Shown here: piece by piece, positions 1 to 10,474 of the stretch
How positions within the stretch are numbered: position 1 is the stretch's first letter
Layout: every line of letters starts with the position of its first letter
Origin: a virus
Lineage: Duplodnaviria > Caudoviricetes
Strand: one strand, 5' to 3'
Length of the DNA stretch: 49,336 nucleotides
IMG/VR virus record: IMGVR_UViG_3300032332_000936
Span: 1 to 49,336 of that record
The notes under the pieces: generated by a model
The model's input: the letters and a program-made list of their open reading frames with translations, nothing else
Told to the model about the DNA's origin: nothing
The model's database searches: none
Position numbers and translations under genes: made by a program

Positions 1-1
1 C

Positions 2-979
2 ATAACAGTAATATTTGGTATAGATAATTATCAAAATAATAATATCACCATAGTCCAAGGTGGTTTGAATACTGCTAATGCTAATATAACATATCTTTAC
101 GATGTCAATACATTACAAAACACCAATATATCAAATGCAAATACAACGGCACAAGCAGCATTTGACAAAGCAAATACGGCCAACACTTTAGCACAAGCAG
201 CATTTAATGCCGCAAACACAGTAATTTCATCCTCGAATACAGCTTACTTACAAGGTGCTCTGGATACTGCCAATGCTAATATTGTTATATTACAAGGTGG
301 ATTGAATAGTGCTAATGCTAATATATCGTATCTGTATGCAATCAACGCATTACAAAATACCAATATATCAAATGCAAATACAACGGCACAAGCAGCATTT
401 GATAAAGCCAATACAGGCACTTCAAATCCAAGCACAATAATATATGCTAACACTGGTCAATTAACAGCAAACGTATCAACAGGAAATGTAGCTCTAGGTT
501 TAGCAAATGTAAATAATAATATTGGTACGTTCGGCGGAATAACTGCAACACCAGTTATAACAATAGACGGTTATGGAAGAGTCACTTCAGCAAGCAATGT
601 TGCAACATCAGGCACTTCTTCATCAACAATAACAGTTTTAGATGATATATCAAACCTTTTTGATGGTATCGAAAGAAATTTTGGTCTATATAGTGATGGT
701 TATGCCGCAAATGTTACGGCACCAGAACAGTTATTAGTTCATGTTGGTGGTTTGGTATTGCCTCCTTTCATAAATACATATGATGTAGTTTTTGGATCAG
801 GATTTATAGCTTTTACTAAAGGATATAATGTTGCAAATGTTTCTAATGTTACATATATTACATTTGCTTCGGCGCCCCAAATAAACATGGACTGTGTGAT
901 GAGAATCATAGGACAAAATCAGACCCCACAGGTAAAAAAGTATCCTTTAAGTCCAATATCAATAATGACTGGTTATTAA
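2..979 (+). CDS. Tail fibre/virion structural protein, 5'-truncated, with Ala/Asn/Thr helical repeats
   Basis: Frame is open from position 2 (ITVIFGIDNYQNN...) into the 65..979 ORF. AFDKANTANTLAQ repeats and an ITIDGYGRVTSAS motif typical of fibre proteins. Confidence 0.65.
   Translation: MTVIFGIDNYQNNNITIVQGGLNTANANITYLYDVNTLQNTNISNANTTAQAAFDKANTANTLAQAAFNAANTVISSSNTAYLQGALDTANANIVILQGGLNSANANISYLYAINALQNTNISNANTTAQAAFDKANTGTSNPSTIIYANTGQLTANVSTGNVALGLANVNNNIGTFGGITATPVITIDGYGRVTSASNVATSGTSSSTITVLDDISNLFDGIERNFGLYSDGYAANVTAPEQLLVHVGGLVLPPFINTYDVVFGSGFIAFTKGYNVANVSNVTYITFASAPQINMDCVMRIIGQNQTPQVKKYPLSPISIMTGY
59..415 (+). repeat. Intragenic imperfect direct repeat (~120 bp, 237-bp/79-aa offset)
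   Basis: GGLNxANANIxYLYxxNxLQNTNISNANTTAQAAFDKANT is encoded at ~59-179 and ~296-415. Confidence 0.85.
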
Positions 980-994
980 TCGGAGATAAAACAA

Positions 995-3900
995 ATGGCC
1001 CGCAGAGTAATATACGAAAACAGTACACACCCAAATTATTCTTTTACCCCAGCAACTAAAACACTTATCATTCCGCATTATTATCCAGCAGAAAGATTTG
1101 TTTTAATTACAAATGTTACTGCGGGCAACAAAGTAATTTATAATTTTTCCGATACCGTATTAACAGCGACGATTACTCCGGGATCTCCTAGTTCGACACA
1201 GACTACAATTGTATTTGCATATAATACAGGTTCAATGTCGGCAACCGACAAACTTTCTATATTAGTTGATGAGGTCAATGAATACATTACGCCATCAGAA
1301 ACACTCGTCGATCCTGTCGGTAAACTAAGAACTTCAACACCACAAGCATTAATCGATACAGACTTTGAATATGGATTGCAACCAACAAAATGGGAAACTT
1401 TAAACCTTCTCAATAATCGTGCAACATATTATACCGATCCAAAACAACCTCTTGTAGTTTCAGATATTGTGACAACATTAGGATCAAAAACAGGTATCAT
1501 AACATTTACAAATGCAATTGGAACAGGAACTATAAGCAATACGGGTTCACAAATAACTGGTAGTGGTACAACATTCCTGAGTCAAATTGTTCCTGGATAT
1601 GCATTGTATAGTACAGCAAATGTTTTTGCAGGAATAGTTGCATCCGTTGCAAATAATGTTTCTTTACAACTTCAAGCAAATTCAAATGTGACATTTTCAT
1701 CAGCATCATTTGTTTATGCGCCTACACAAATTCCTGAACCTGGTACACCGATTCAAATTCAAGATTCTTTTAATGATTATTTTAACGGGTTATTCATTGC
1801 AGACACAAGAACAAACGCAAATGTAACTTATACTGCAACGTCTGCGGCAAACGCAACAGAATCTATTTTCAATTCAGGAACGACTCAAATCTTTTCTGGT
1901 GGTTATTATACTGGTGCAAGATTTAATATATCTGGTATAACATTTTCTGGAAATTTAGTAACATTTACAACAGTAGAACCACACGGGTTAAATGTTGGTT
2001 CCGATATTTACTGTTATGGTTTAACAGCATCAACTAATCCACCAAATGGAAATTGGACAGTAGTTACAGTAACATCTGCAACAGTTTTTGCAGTTAGAAT
2101 TTCAACAACTTCATTACCTACTGGAACAATTACAGTTAGTGGCATAACAAATGCAGGCGTTTATGCAAGACCATATGGCATTGCCACACATAGACCGTTC
2201 GATGGCGGAACAGCAATATCTTGTGGTACAGGTTCACAAGGGAATGCGGTAATTCGACAAACAAGACGTTATTTCCGTTACCAATCAGGTAAAGGAATTC
2301 AATGGTCAACAGGTACAATTTTACGTCCAAATATTATTGTCGACCAAATTTCATCTACTAGTTACACAATTACTGTAACAACAAAAGTTGCACACTATTT
2401 GTTACCTGGTGTTGTAGTAACAATTGGTGGCGCCACAGATTCAGCTTATAACGGCACATTTACAGTTATCGATACACCAACTAATTATACATTTACAGTT
2501 ACAGCAGCAACATTACCAACATCGACACAAGCATCTGGCAATTTTATTTTAAGTGTAACAAATTGGAATGGTGCAACTACAAGATTAGGATTATTTACTT
2601 CCACAAACGGGATGTTTTTTGAGTATGATGGTCAAACATTATATGCGGTTCGCAGAAGTTCGACAACACAATTGTCAGGATATGTTAACGTAACAAATGG
2701 ATCTTCTACAGTTACAGGCGCAACAGTTAATGGTGTGTCAACACTTTTTTCAAGACAATTAACACCAGGTCAATTCATTTCAATCAGAGGACTTCCTTAC
2801 CGTATTATGAGTATTGCAAGTGACACTTCAATGCAGATTTCTCCTCCATATCGTGGCACCACACTTTCGGGTAGGAGTGTTGCAGTCGTTTCTGAATTAC
2901 TTGAAACAAGAGTTGCACAATCTTCTTGGAATTTAGATAGAATGGATGGAACTGGTCCTAGTGGATACAATTTGGATTTGTCAAAAATTCAGATGTTCTA
3001 TATTGACTACTCTTGGTATGGTGCAGGTGCAGCAAGATTTGGTTTCAAAGACCAACACGGGCAAGTTATCTACTGTCATAGATTCATACACAATAATCAA
3101 ATGACAGAGGCATTCATGCGTTCAGGTAACTTACCTGCACGATATGAAGTTAACACATATGTACCAGAAACACAATTAACTTCTTCTGATACTGGTTTAG
3201 ATTTTATTAATGTGGTCAGTACGACAGGATTTCCAAATACTGGAACATTATTGATCAGAGATCCTGCTAACTACGAACATGTTAATTATACAGGAAAATC
3301 AAACACAACATTTACTGGTCTAACAAGAGGACAAGCAGGAAACACAACAATTGTTGGTACTACAGTTGCAGGTAATACATTATTAACGACAACTGCTACA
3401 ACCAGTGGTTTACAAGTTGGACAAAGAATTACTTCAAATTCTATACCAACTGGAACATTCATAACTTCAATTATTGGTGGTTCACCAAGTAATGTGATAC
3501 GCATGAGTCGCTCAGCATCAAATACCTCAACGGTAACAATGAATGTGGATCCTATGGGTTCAACAACATCGACACACGCATATTCTGCAACTGCACCAAT
3601 TACTGTGGCTTTAGCATCACCACAATTTGTACCATCAATATCACATTGGGGTTCTTCTGTTATTATGGATGGTCGTTACGATGATGATAAATCATTTGTG
3701 TTCTCTACACCATCAACATCATCTTTAACTATTGCTTCTGGTGTAACAAATGCTGTTCTTTCATTAAGACTTGCACCATCAGTTGATTCAGGTGTTCCAG
3801 GGTTATTAGGACAACGTGAAGTTATCAACACTATGCAATTGACACTTCGCCAAATGGACGTTTTCACAAATGGAAACTTCTTAGTTAGATTGGTGTTGAA

Positions 3901-4240
3901 TGGCACTGTTGATCCCGGTGACACTTGGCAAACTGCTGGTGCGCCAAGTCTTTCACAAGTGTGTTATCATCCATCCGGGCGATCAGTTCGTGGTGGAGAT
4001 TTAATTTATGCGTTCTTCGTTAATAACGGTGGTTCTGGTACTGTATACTCTGCAACACAACAGGACTTGAATCTTGTTCGAGACTTAGGTAATTCAATAT
4101 ATGGTGGCGGAACAACACTAAATGCAGGTTCACAAGTATTCCCTGATGGTCCTGACGTTGTTACAATTGCGGTAACTAGTTTGAATGCGGCACCACAACA
4201 AATTTTTTCAAGACTCTCCTGGACAGAAGCACAAGCGTAA
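995..4240 (+). CDS. Large virion structural (baseplate/tail-associated) protein, 1081 aa
   Basis: Thr/Ser/Gly-rich beta protein with two similar 'VTxTT..(P/A)H.L..G....NG..TV' modules. SD GGAG upstream. Lies between fibre genes. Confidence 0.65.
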   Translation: MARRVIYENSTHPNYSFTPATKTLIIPHYYPAERFVLITNVTAGNKVIYNFSDTVLTATITPGSPSSTQTTIVFAYNTGSMSATDKLSILVDEVNEYITPSETLVDPVGKLRTSTPQALIDTDFEYGLQPTKWETLNLLNNRATYYTDPKQPLVVSDIVTTLGSKTGIITFTNAIGTGTISNTGSQITGSGTTFLSQIVPGYALYSTANVFAGIVASVANNVSLQLQANSNVTFSSASFVYAPTQIPEPGTPIQIQDSFNDYFNGLFIADTRTNANVTYTATSAANATESIFNSGTTQIFSGGYYTGARFNISGITFSGNLVTFTTVEPHGLNVGSDIYCYGLTASTNPPNGNWTVVTVTSATVFAVRISTTSLPTGTITVSGITNAGVYARPYGIATHRPFDGGTAISCGTGSQGNAVIRQTRRYFRYQSGKGIQWSTGTILRPNIIVDQISSTSYTITVTTKVAHYLLPGVVVTIGGATDSAYNGTFTVIDTPTNYTFTVTAATLPTSTQASGNFILSVTNWNGATTRLGLFTSTNGMFFEYDGQTLYAVRRSSTTQLSGYVNVTNGSSTVTGATVNGVSTLFSRQLTPGQFISIRGLPYRIMSIASDTSMQISPPYRGTTLSGRSVAVVSELLETRVAQSSWNLDRMDGTGPSGYNLDLSKIQMFYIDYSWYGAGAARFGFKDQHGQVIYCHRFIHNNQMTEAFMRSGNLPARYEVNTYVPETQLTSSDTGLDFINVVSTTGFPNTGTLLIRDPANYEHVNYTGKSNTTFTGLTRGQAGNTTIVGTTVAGNTLLTTTATTSGLQVGQRITSNSIPTGTFITSIIGGSPSNVIRMSRSASNTSTVTMNVDPMGSTTSTHAYSATAPITVALASPQFVPSISHWGSSVIMDGRYDDDKSFVFSTPSTSSLTIASGVTNAVLSLRLAPSVDSGVPGLLGQREVINTMQLTLRQMDVFTNGNFLVRLVLNGTVDPGDTWQTAGAPSLSQVCYHPSGRSVRGGDLIYAFFVNNGGSGTVYSATQQDLNLVRDLGNSIYGGGTTLNAGSQVFPDGPDVVTIAVTSLNAAPQQIFSRLSWTEAQA

Positions 4241-4250
4241 GGAATAATAA

Positions 4251-7200
4251 ATGATCACTCCAATAGTTACTGATGCGTTAGTAATAGGAAGTACCAAACA
4301 ACCAGGTCAATTTAATTTGAATGGTGATGGTACTGTCACAAATGTTCTTAATGTCGGAAATTTGATTGCTGGAAATGTCACCAGTGCAAATGTCACCAGT
4401 GCAAATATAACATCAACAAATCTCACATCAAATACAATAAGTGTTGGTCGAATAACTGGTTCTCTTTGCGTAACGGGATCCGTATCCGCTAACGGTACCA
4501 CATTAGGTGCCGTGTCTCTTGATGCATGTAATCAATTTAAAGTCGGCACTGGTGCGTTATCATCTAGTATAGGAGCCAATAATGTTGCAATTGGTGTTGG
4601 TGCATTAAAATGTAACACCACAGGTAGTCATAATATTGCCATTGGTTATCTTACATTATATTGTAACAACACAGGTAGTAATAATGTTGCCATCGGACAG
4701 GGAGCATTAAAGTGTTTTACAACTGGTATTAATAATATTGCAATAGGTTGTGGAGCATTACATAAATCAACTAACAATTGTTGTAATATTGCAATTGGTA
4801 TTGGTGCATTATATTGTAATTGTTTTGGTACCGCTAGTGTTGCAATCGGTTTTGGTGCATTGAGAAATCAAAAACAAGGTGGTTGTAATATTGCAATTGG
4901 ATCATCAACATTATGTGAGAGTACTTATGCAGTTGAAAATATTGCGATAGGTGGTGGTGCGTTACGAGGAATCACTACGGGCAGATATAATATTGGAATC
5001 GGCGGCGCCACATTACGATATAACTGCACAGGTTGCAATAATATTGCAATGGGTAAATATGCAGGATATGGACTTAGAAATGGTTGTGACAACATTGCAA
5101 TTGGTAAATGTGCTCTTTTTGGAAATCCTGGATGCGGGAGTAATAATATTGCTATTGGTTGCAAAACATTAATTAATAATACCACAGGTTGCGATAATAT
5201 TGCAATAGGTAGATCAGCATCCGCTAACAACACTACTGGTGGCAACAACTTCTCTGCTGGTTATTGTGCATTAGCAAATAATTCCATAGGTTCACACAAT
5301 ACTGCAATTGGTAAGTTTGCATTAAGATTCAATACCACAGGTGTTAATAATGTTGCGATTGGTTATCGGGCATTATATTGTAATACCACAGGATGTAGTA
5401 ATACTGCAATTGGTAATAGAGCATTATATTGTAATAAGTCAGGTAATAATAATACTGCAATTGGTTATTGTGCATTAAAATGCAATACCACAGGTAATAA
5501 TAATACTGCAATTGGTTATAGAGCATTATATCAAAACACAACAGGTAATAATAATACTGCAATTGGTTATTATGCATTAAAATGTAATAACATAGGTAAT
5601 AATAATATTGCAATTGGTTTTCGTGCATTAAGATTAAATACCACAGGTTGTAATAATACTGCAATTGGATGTTTTGCATTAACTTGTAATACCACAGGTA
5701 CTAATAATTTTGCAGTTGGTTATAAAGCACTACAATCTAATACCATAGGTAATAATAATATTGCATTTGGTAACAACGCATCCGCTAACAACACTGCTGG
5801 TATGTCCAACTTTTCTGCTGGATATTGTGCATTAGCAAACAATACCATAGGTTGTTTTAATACAGCAATTGGTCGTTATGCATTAAGATGTAATTTTTCT
5901 GGATCATATAATATTGCAGTTGGTAGATATGCATTAAATTTTAATACCACAGGTGAAAATAATACTGGTCTTGGAATTAACACATTAAAATTAAATACCA
6001 CAGGTAGTAATAATATTGCAATTGGTAGTGGCGCATTAAGAGGTAATTGTGGCAACAGTAACATAGGATTAGGTTATCGAACATTATATTGTAATTCCAC
6101 AGGTGCTAATAATACTGCAATTGGTCGCAGTGCATTATTTTGTAATACCACAGGTTGTAATAATACTGCAATTGGTTTCTGCGCATTAAGATTTAATACC
6201 GCAGGTGTTAACAATACTGCAATCGGTTATAAAGCATTAACAAATAATACCACGGGTAGTAATAATACTGCAATCGGTTATAGAGCATTAACAAATAATA
6301 CCACAGGTAGTAATAATACTGCAATTGGTAGATATGCATTATATTGTAATACCACAGCCAATAATAATATTGCATTTGGTAGACAAGCATTAAAATTTAA
6401 TACCTCAGGTAATAATAATACTGCAATTGGTTATTATGCATTAACAAATAATACCACAGGTAGTAATAATACTGCAATTGGTAGATATGCATTAATAAAT
6501 AATACCACAGGTGTTAACAATACTGCAATCGGTTATAGAGCATTAACAAATAATACCACGGGTAGTAATAATACTGCTTTGGGTTATTGTGCATTATACA
6601 AAAGTACCACAAGTAACCATAATATTGCAATTGGTTATAAAGCATTATGTTTAAGTAATGCTAATGGTTGCAACATAGCAATTGGTTTCTGTGCAGGTCT
6701 AGCACTCACCACAGGTGCCAACAACACCATCATTGGTAGCAGTACAGTTACTTCAGGATTATCTAGTACCGTTATACTTGCGGCTGGTACAACAGAAAGA
6801 TTAAAAGTCAATGCAACTGGTCTTTATATTAATGGATCAGCATTCTCTGGTGGTGGCGGTGCTAGTTTAGATGCAAACTGTTCGTTAAAGATTGCTGGAT
6901 CAACCACATTAGCATCCAGTACAGGCAAGTTTAATGTGGCCATTGGTTGTTATACGATGGTTAGTAATACCACAGGCACCAGTAATCTTGCGATTGGTTT
7001 TAGAGCACTACAATCTAATACTACAGGATCTCATAATACTGCAATTGGTCGATATGCATTAAAATCCAACACCATAGGTATTGGTAATAACGCATTTGGT
7101 TATAAAGCATTATATTCTAATACCACAGGTTGTAGTAATACAGCATTTGGTGGTTATGCAGGATGCGGCAATACCACGGGCAATTTTAATACTGCAATTG

Positions 7201-10200
7201 GTTGTAATGCATTAAGAGCTAATAGTGCAGGTTGTAATAATGTTGCTATTGGATGTAGTGCGTTGCAATTAAATACTACCAGTAATAATGTAGCAATAGG
7301 TTATAAAACATTACAAAGTAATACCATAGGTACTAATAATACTGCAATTGGTTATAAAGCATTATTTGTCAACACCACAGGTAGTAATAATACTGCAATT
7401 GGTAATAGTGCATTAGCTACCAACACCACAGGTTATAATAATATTGCAATTGGTTACAAAGCATTATGTGGTAATACCACAGGTAGAAATAATACGGCAT
7501 TTGGTCGTTATGTATTAAGAAGTAATACCACAGGCGGTTGTAATATTGCAATTGGTGCTTATACATTAAATGGAAATAGCATAGGTAATAGCAATATAGC
7601 AATAGGTTTGTGTGCATTATGTGGAAATAGCACAGGTTGCAGTAATATTGGAATTGGTTTTAGGGCATTGCTTGCTAATAGCATAGGTAATAATAATACT
7701 GCAATTGGGTGCAAAGCACTATTAAATAATACCACAGGTACTAATAATATTGCAATTGGTGGGGATTCATTAAGTTGTAATACTACAGGAATTAACAATA
7801 CTGCGTTTGGTTGTGCAGCATTGATATATAACTGCACAGGTAATAATAATACTGCGATTGGATGTACGGCATTAAAAGGTAATGTCTACGGTAGTTATAA
7901 TACTGCAATTGGTCAAGGTGCATTATGTGCCAACAGCACAGGTAGTAACAATACTGCAATTGGTCGTTATGCATTAAATAAAAATACCATAGGTACTAAT
8001 AATACTGCAATTGGTTGTAATGCATTAAGATGTAATACCACAGGTGTTCATAATACTGCAATTGGTCAAAGTGCATTATGTTTAAGTAATGCCAACGGTT
8101 GTAACATAGCAATTGGTTATAAGGCTGGTCTAGCACTTACCACTGGTGCCAATAATACCATCATTGGTAGTAGCACCGTAACTGCTGGATTATCTGATAC
8201 AGTTATACTTGCTGCTGGAACAACAGAAAGATTAAAAGTCAATGCTACTGGATTATACATTAATGGATCAGCATTCTCTGGTGGAGGTGGTGCCAGTTTA
8301 GATGCAAATTGTTCATTAAAGATTGCTGGAGCAACCACGTTAGCATCTAACACAGGTAAACATAACTTTGCCATTGGATGTTGTTCGATGGTCAGTAATA
8401 CTACAGGTACTAATAATCTTGCAATTGGTTATTTTGCATTAAAATGTAATACCGAAGGTTGTAATAATACCGCGATTGGTTTTTATGCATTAAAAGGTAA
8501 TACCACAGGTTATAATAATACTGCGATTGGTAATAGAGCATTATGTGCCAATACCACAGGTATTAATAATACTGCAATTGGTTGTAATGCATTACAATAT
8601 AATAGTATAGGTTCTGGTAACACTGCAATTGGTTATTATGCATTAAAATGCAACACTATAGGTTCTAGCAATGTTGCATTTGGTCATAATGCATTAAAAT
8701 ATAATACCACAGGTATTAATAATACTGCAATTGGATGTTTAGCATTATCAAATAATACCACAGGTACTGATAATACTGCAATTGGGCGTAATGCATTAAT
8801 GTGTAATACCGCAGGCAGTAATAATACTGCAATCGGTCGGGAAGCATTACAATATAATAGAGGTGGTTATAATACTGCGATTGGTGGTGGTGCATTATTT
8901 AGGAATACCACAGGTAGTAATAATACTGCAATTGGTCCTAATGCATTAAGATGCAATACTACAGGTTCCGGCAATATTGCAATTGGTTGTAAAGCATTAT
9001 GTGGAAATACCACAGCGAATAATAACATAGCATTTGGCAACGAATCATCGGCTAATAATACTACCGGTGCCAATAATTTTTCTGCTGGATTCTGTTCTTT
9101 AGCAAACAATTCAATAGGTTCTCATAATACTGCAATTGGTTATTTTAGTTTAAGATGTAACACCACAGGTTCTTATAATACTGCAATTGGGTATAAAACA
9201 TTAGCTTGTAATACCATAGGTACTAATAATACTGCAATTGGTTTTTGTGCGTTAAGAACTACTACTACAGGTAATAATAACGCTGCGATTGGTTGTCTTG
9301 CGTTAGCATCTAATAATGCTGGTGCTAATAATGTTTCAATTGGTGCTCGTTCATTAAGATATCAAACCGGCGGGCAAGATAATATTGCAATTGGTTATGT
9401 TACATTACTTTGCAATACTTCAGGATGTAATAATATAGCATTTGGTAGTGGTGCATTGAGATGTAATAGCACAGGTATTAATAATTTTGCAGCTGGTCGT
9501 ACTGCATTATGTTGTAATTGCACAGGAACTAATAATACTGCAATTGGTTTTTGTGCGTTAAGATTGAATACAGGAGGTAGTAATAATTTTGCAGTTGGTT
9601 GTGCAGCTTTATCATGTAATATCACAGGTTGTCATAATACTGCAATTGGTGTTGCTTCTTTATCCGCTAATGACGGAGGTTCTCATAATACCGCGATTGG
9701 TTATTTTACATTATTTAATAACACTACGGGTACTAATAATTTTGCAATTGGTTTTTGTGCATTGAGATTTAATACCACAGGTAGTAACAATACTGCAATT
9801 GGTTTTAAGGCATTAGCAAATAATACCGTAGGTATTAATAACACTGCAATTGGTTGTTATGCATTATCAAATAATACCACAGGTTGTCAGAATATTGCAA
9901 TTGGTACCTGCGCATTAAGATGTAATAACATAGGTTATAATAATACAGCAATTGGTACTGGTGCTGGTTGCACACTTACAACCGGATGTAATAACACTAT
10001 TCTTGGTTTTGGTGCATTAACTGTAAACACAACTTCTTGTAATTCGGTGACACTAGGTAATGCTTCAATTGATACTATTCGCGCACAGGTTACAACAATT
10101 ACTGCGTTATCTGATTGTAGAGACAAGACAAATATACAAGGTATTCCAGTTGGTCTTGACTTTATCAAATCAGTTAGACCAGTGAAATTTACATGGAATA

Positions 10201-10442
10201 TGCGTGACGGTGCAAAAGTTGGTATTGAAGAACATGGATTTATTGCACAAGAACTGGATGAAGTACAGAAAAAACATAATGCAGAATGGATGAAACTTGT
10301 ACTCAAAGAAAATCCAGAAAGACTTGAAGCAACACCAGGTAAATTATTACCTGTTATAGTGAAAGCAATACAAGAACTTGAAGAGAAATTCCAAAATCTA
10401 TTTGACAGAGTAGGAAAAATAGAGTTAAAATTGGATACATAA
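4251..10442 (+). CDS. Long tail fibre/spike with YadA-head-like NxAIG repeats and C-terminal peptidase S74 intramolecular chaperone
   Basis: Very many 14-aa NNTAIGxxALxxNTTG repeats. The C-terminus LSDCRDKTNI...LDFIKSVRPVKFTWN...GFIAQEL plus coiled coil matches S74 motifs. Confidence 0.85.
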   Translation: MITPIVTDALVIGSTKQPGQFNLNGDGTVTNVLNVGNLIAGNVTSANVTSANITSTNLTSNTISVGRITGSLCVTGSVSANGTTLGAVSLDACNQFKVGTGALSSSIGANNVAIGVGALKCNTTGSHNIAIGYLTLYCNNTGSNNVAIGQGALKCFTTGINNIAIGCGALHKSTNNCCNIAIGIGALYCNCFGTASVAIGFGALRNQKQGGCNIAIGSSTLCESTYAVENIAIGGGALRGITTGRYNIGIGGATLRYNCTGCNNIAMGKYAGYGLRNGCDNIAIGKCALFGNPGCGSNNIAIGCKTLINNTTGCDNIAIGRSASANNTTGGNNFSAGYCALANNSIGSHNTAIGKFALRFNTTGVNNVAIGYRALYCNTTGCSNTAIGNRALYCNKSGNNNTAIGYCALKCNTTGNNNTAIGYRALYQNTTGNNNTAIGYYALKCNNIGNNNIAIGFRALRLNTTGCNNTAIGCFALTCNTTGTNNFAVGYKALQSNTIGNNNIAFGNNASANNTAGMSNFSAGYCALANNTIGCFNTAIGRYALRCNFSGSYNIAVGRYALNFNTTGENNTGLGINTLKLNTTGSNNIAIGSGALRGNCGNSNIGLGYRTLYCNSTGANNTAIGRSALFCNTTGCNNTAIGFCALRFNTAGVNNTAIGYKALTNNTTGSNNTAIGYRALTNNTTGSNNTAIGRYALYCNTTANNNIAFGRQALKFNTSGNNNTAIGYYALTNNTTGSNNTAIGRYALINNTTGVNNTAIGYRALTNNTTGSNNTALGYCALYKSTTSNHNIAIGYKALCLSNANGCNIAIGFCAGLALTTGANNTIIGSSTVTSGLSSTVILAAGTTERLKVNATGLYINGSAFSGGGGASLDANCSLKIAGSTTLASSTGKFNVAIGCYTMVSNTTGTSNLAIGFRALQSNTTGSHNTAIGRYALKSNTIGIGNNAFGYKALYSNTTGCSNTAFGGYAGCGNTTGNFNTAIGCNALRANSAGCNNVAIGCSALQLNTTSNNVAIGYKTLQSNTIGTNNTAIGYKALFVNTTGSNNTAIGNSALATNTTGYNNIAIGYKALCGNTTGRNNTAFGRYVLRSNTTGGCNIAIGAYTLNGNSIGNSNIAIGLCALCGNSTGCSNIGIGFRALLANSIGNNNTAIGCKALLNNTTGTNNIAIGGDSLSCNTTGINNTAFGCAALIYNCTGNNNTAIGCTALKGNVYGSYNTAIGQGALCANSTGSNNTAIGRYALNKNTIGTNNTAIGCNALRCNTTGVHNTAIGQSALCLSNANGCNIAIGYKAGLALTTGANNTIIGSSTVTAGLSDTVILAAGTTERLKVNATGLYINGSAFSGGGGASLDANCSLKIAGATTLASNTGKHNFAIGCCSMVSNTTGTNNLAIGYFALKCNTEGCNNTAIGFYALKGNTTGYNNTAIGNRALCANTTGINNTAIGCNALQYNSIGSGNTAIGYYALKCNTIGSSNVAFGHNALKYNTTGINNTAIGCLALSNNTTGTDNTAIGRNALMCNTAGSNNTAIGREALQYNRGGYNTAIGGGALFRNTTGSNNTAIGPNALRCNTTGSGNIAIGCKALCGNTTANNNIAFGNESSANNTTGANNFSAGFCSLANNSIGSHNTAIGYFSLRCNTTGSYNTAIGYKTLACNTIGTNNTAIGFCALRTTTTGNNNAAIGCLALASNNAGANNVSIGARSLRYQTGGQDNIAIGYVTLLCNTSGCNNIAFGSGALRCNSTGINNFAAGRTALCCNCTGTNNTAIGFCALRLNTGGSNNFAVGCAALSCNITGCHNTAIGVASLSANDGGSHNTAIGYFTLFNNTTGTNNFAIGFCALRFNTTGSNNTAIGFKALANNTVGINNTAIGCYALSNNTTGCQNIAIGTCALRCNNIGYNNTAIGTGAGCTLTTGCNNTILGFGALTVNTTSCNSVTLGNASIDTIRAQVTTITALSDCRDKTNIQGIPVGLDFIKSVRPVKFTWNMRDGAKVGIEEHGFIAQELDEVQKKHNAEWMKLVLKENPERLEATPGKLLPVIVKAIQELEEKFQNLFDRVGKIELKLDT
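4570..10010 (+). repeat. Degenerate 42-bp coding tandem repeat (core AATAATACTGCAATTGGT)
   Basis: Visible directly in the DNA and encodes the 14-aa fibre repeat. Confidence 0.9.
6642..8330 (+). repeat. Duplicated ~258-bp connector module (6642-6899 and 8073-8330)
   Basis: ALCLSNANGCNIAIG..AGLALTTGANNTIIGSSTVT.GLS.TVILAAGTTERLKVNATGLYINGSAFSGGGGASLDANCSLKIAG occurs twice, offset by 1431 bp. Confidence 0.9.
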
Positions 10443-10445
10443 ATA
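10438..10445 (+). promoter_or_regulatory. T4-type late promoter (CATAAATA) ahead of the modification cluster
   Basis: One mismatch to TATAAATA, 30 bp upstream of the GT9-like start. The same variant precedes the neck region and gp18. Confidence 0.55.
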
Positions 10446-10474
10446 TTTTATATTATTAGTTTTTTGGAGTTATT

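Noticed and set aside
4925-9625. Minus-strand ORFs with QLQYYY or PIAVLL repeats
   Set aside because: They are antisense shadows of the fibre repeat, with no independent coding signals.
4570-10010. 42-bp periodic repeats as a CRISPR array
   Set aside because: The repeats are degenerate at synonymous positions, stay in frame within one ORF, lack unique spacers of CRISPR size and have no cas genes nearby.
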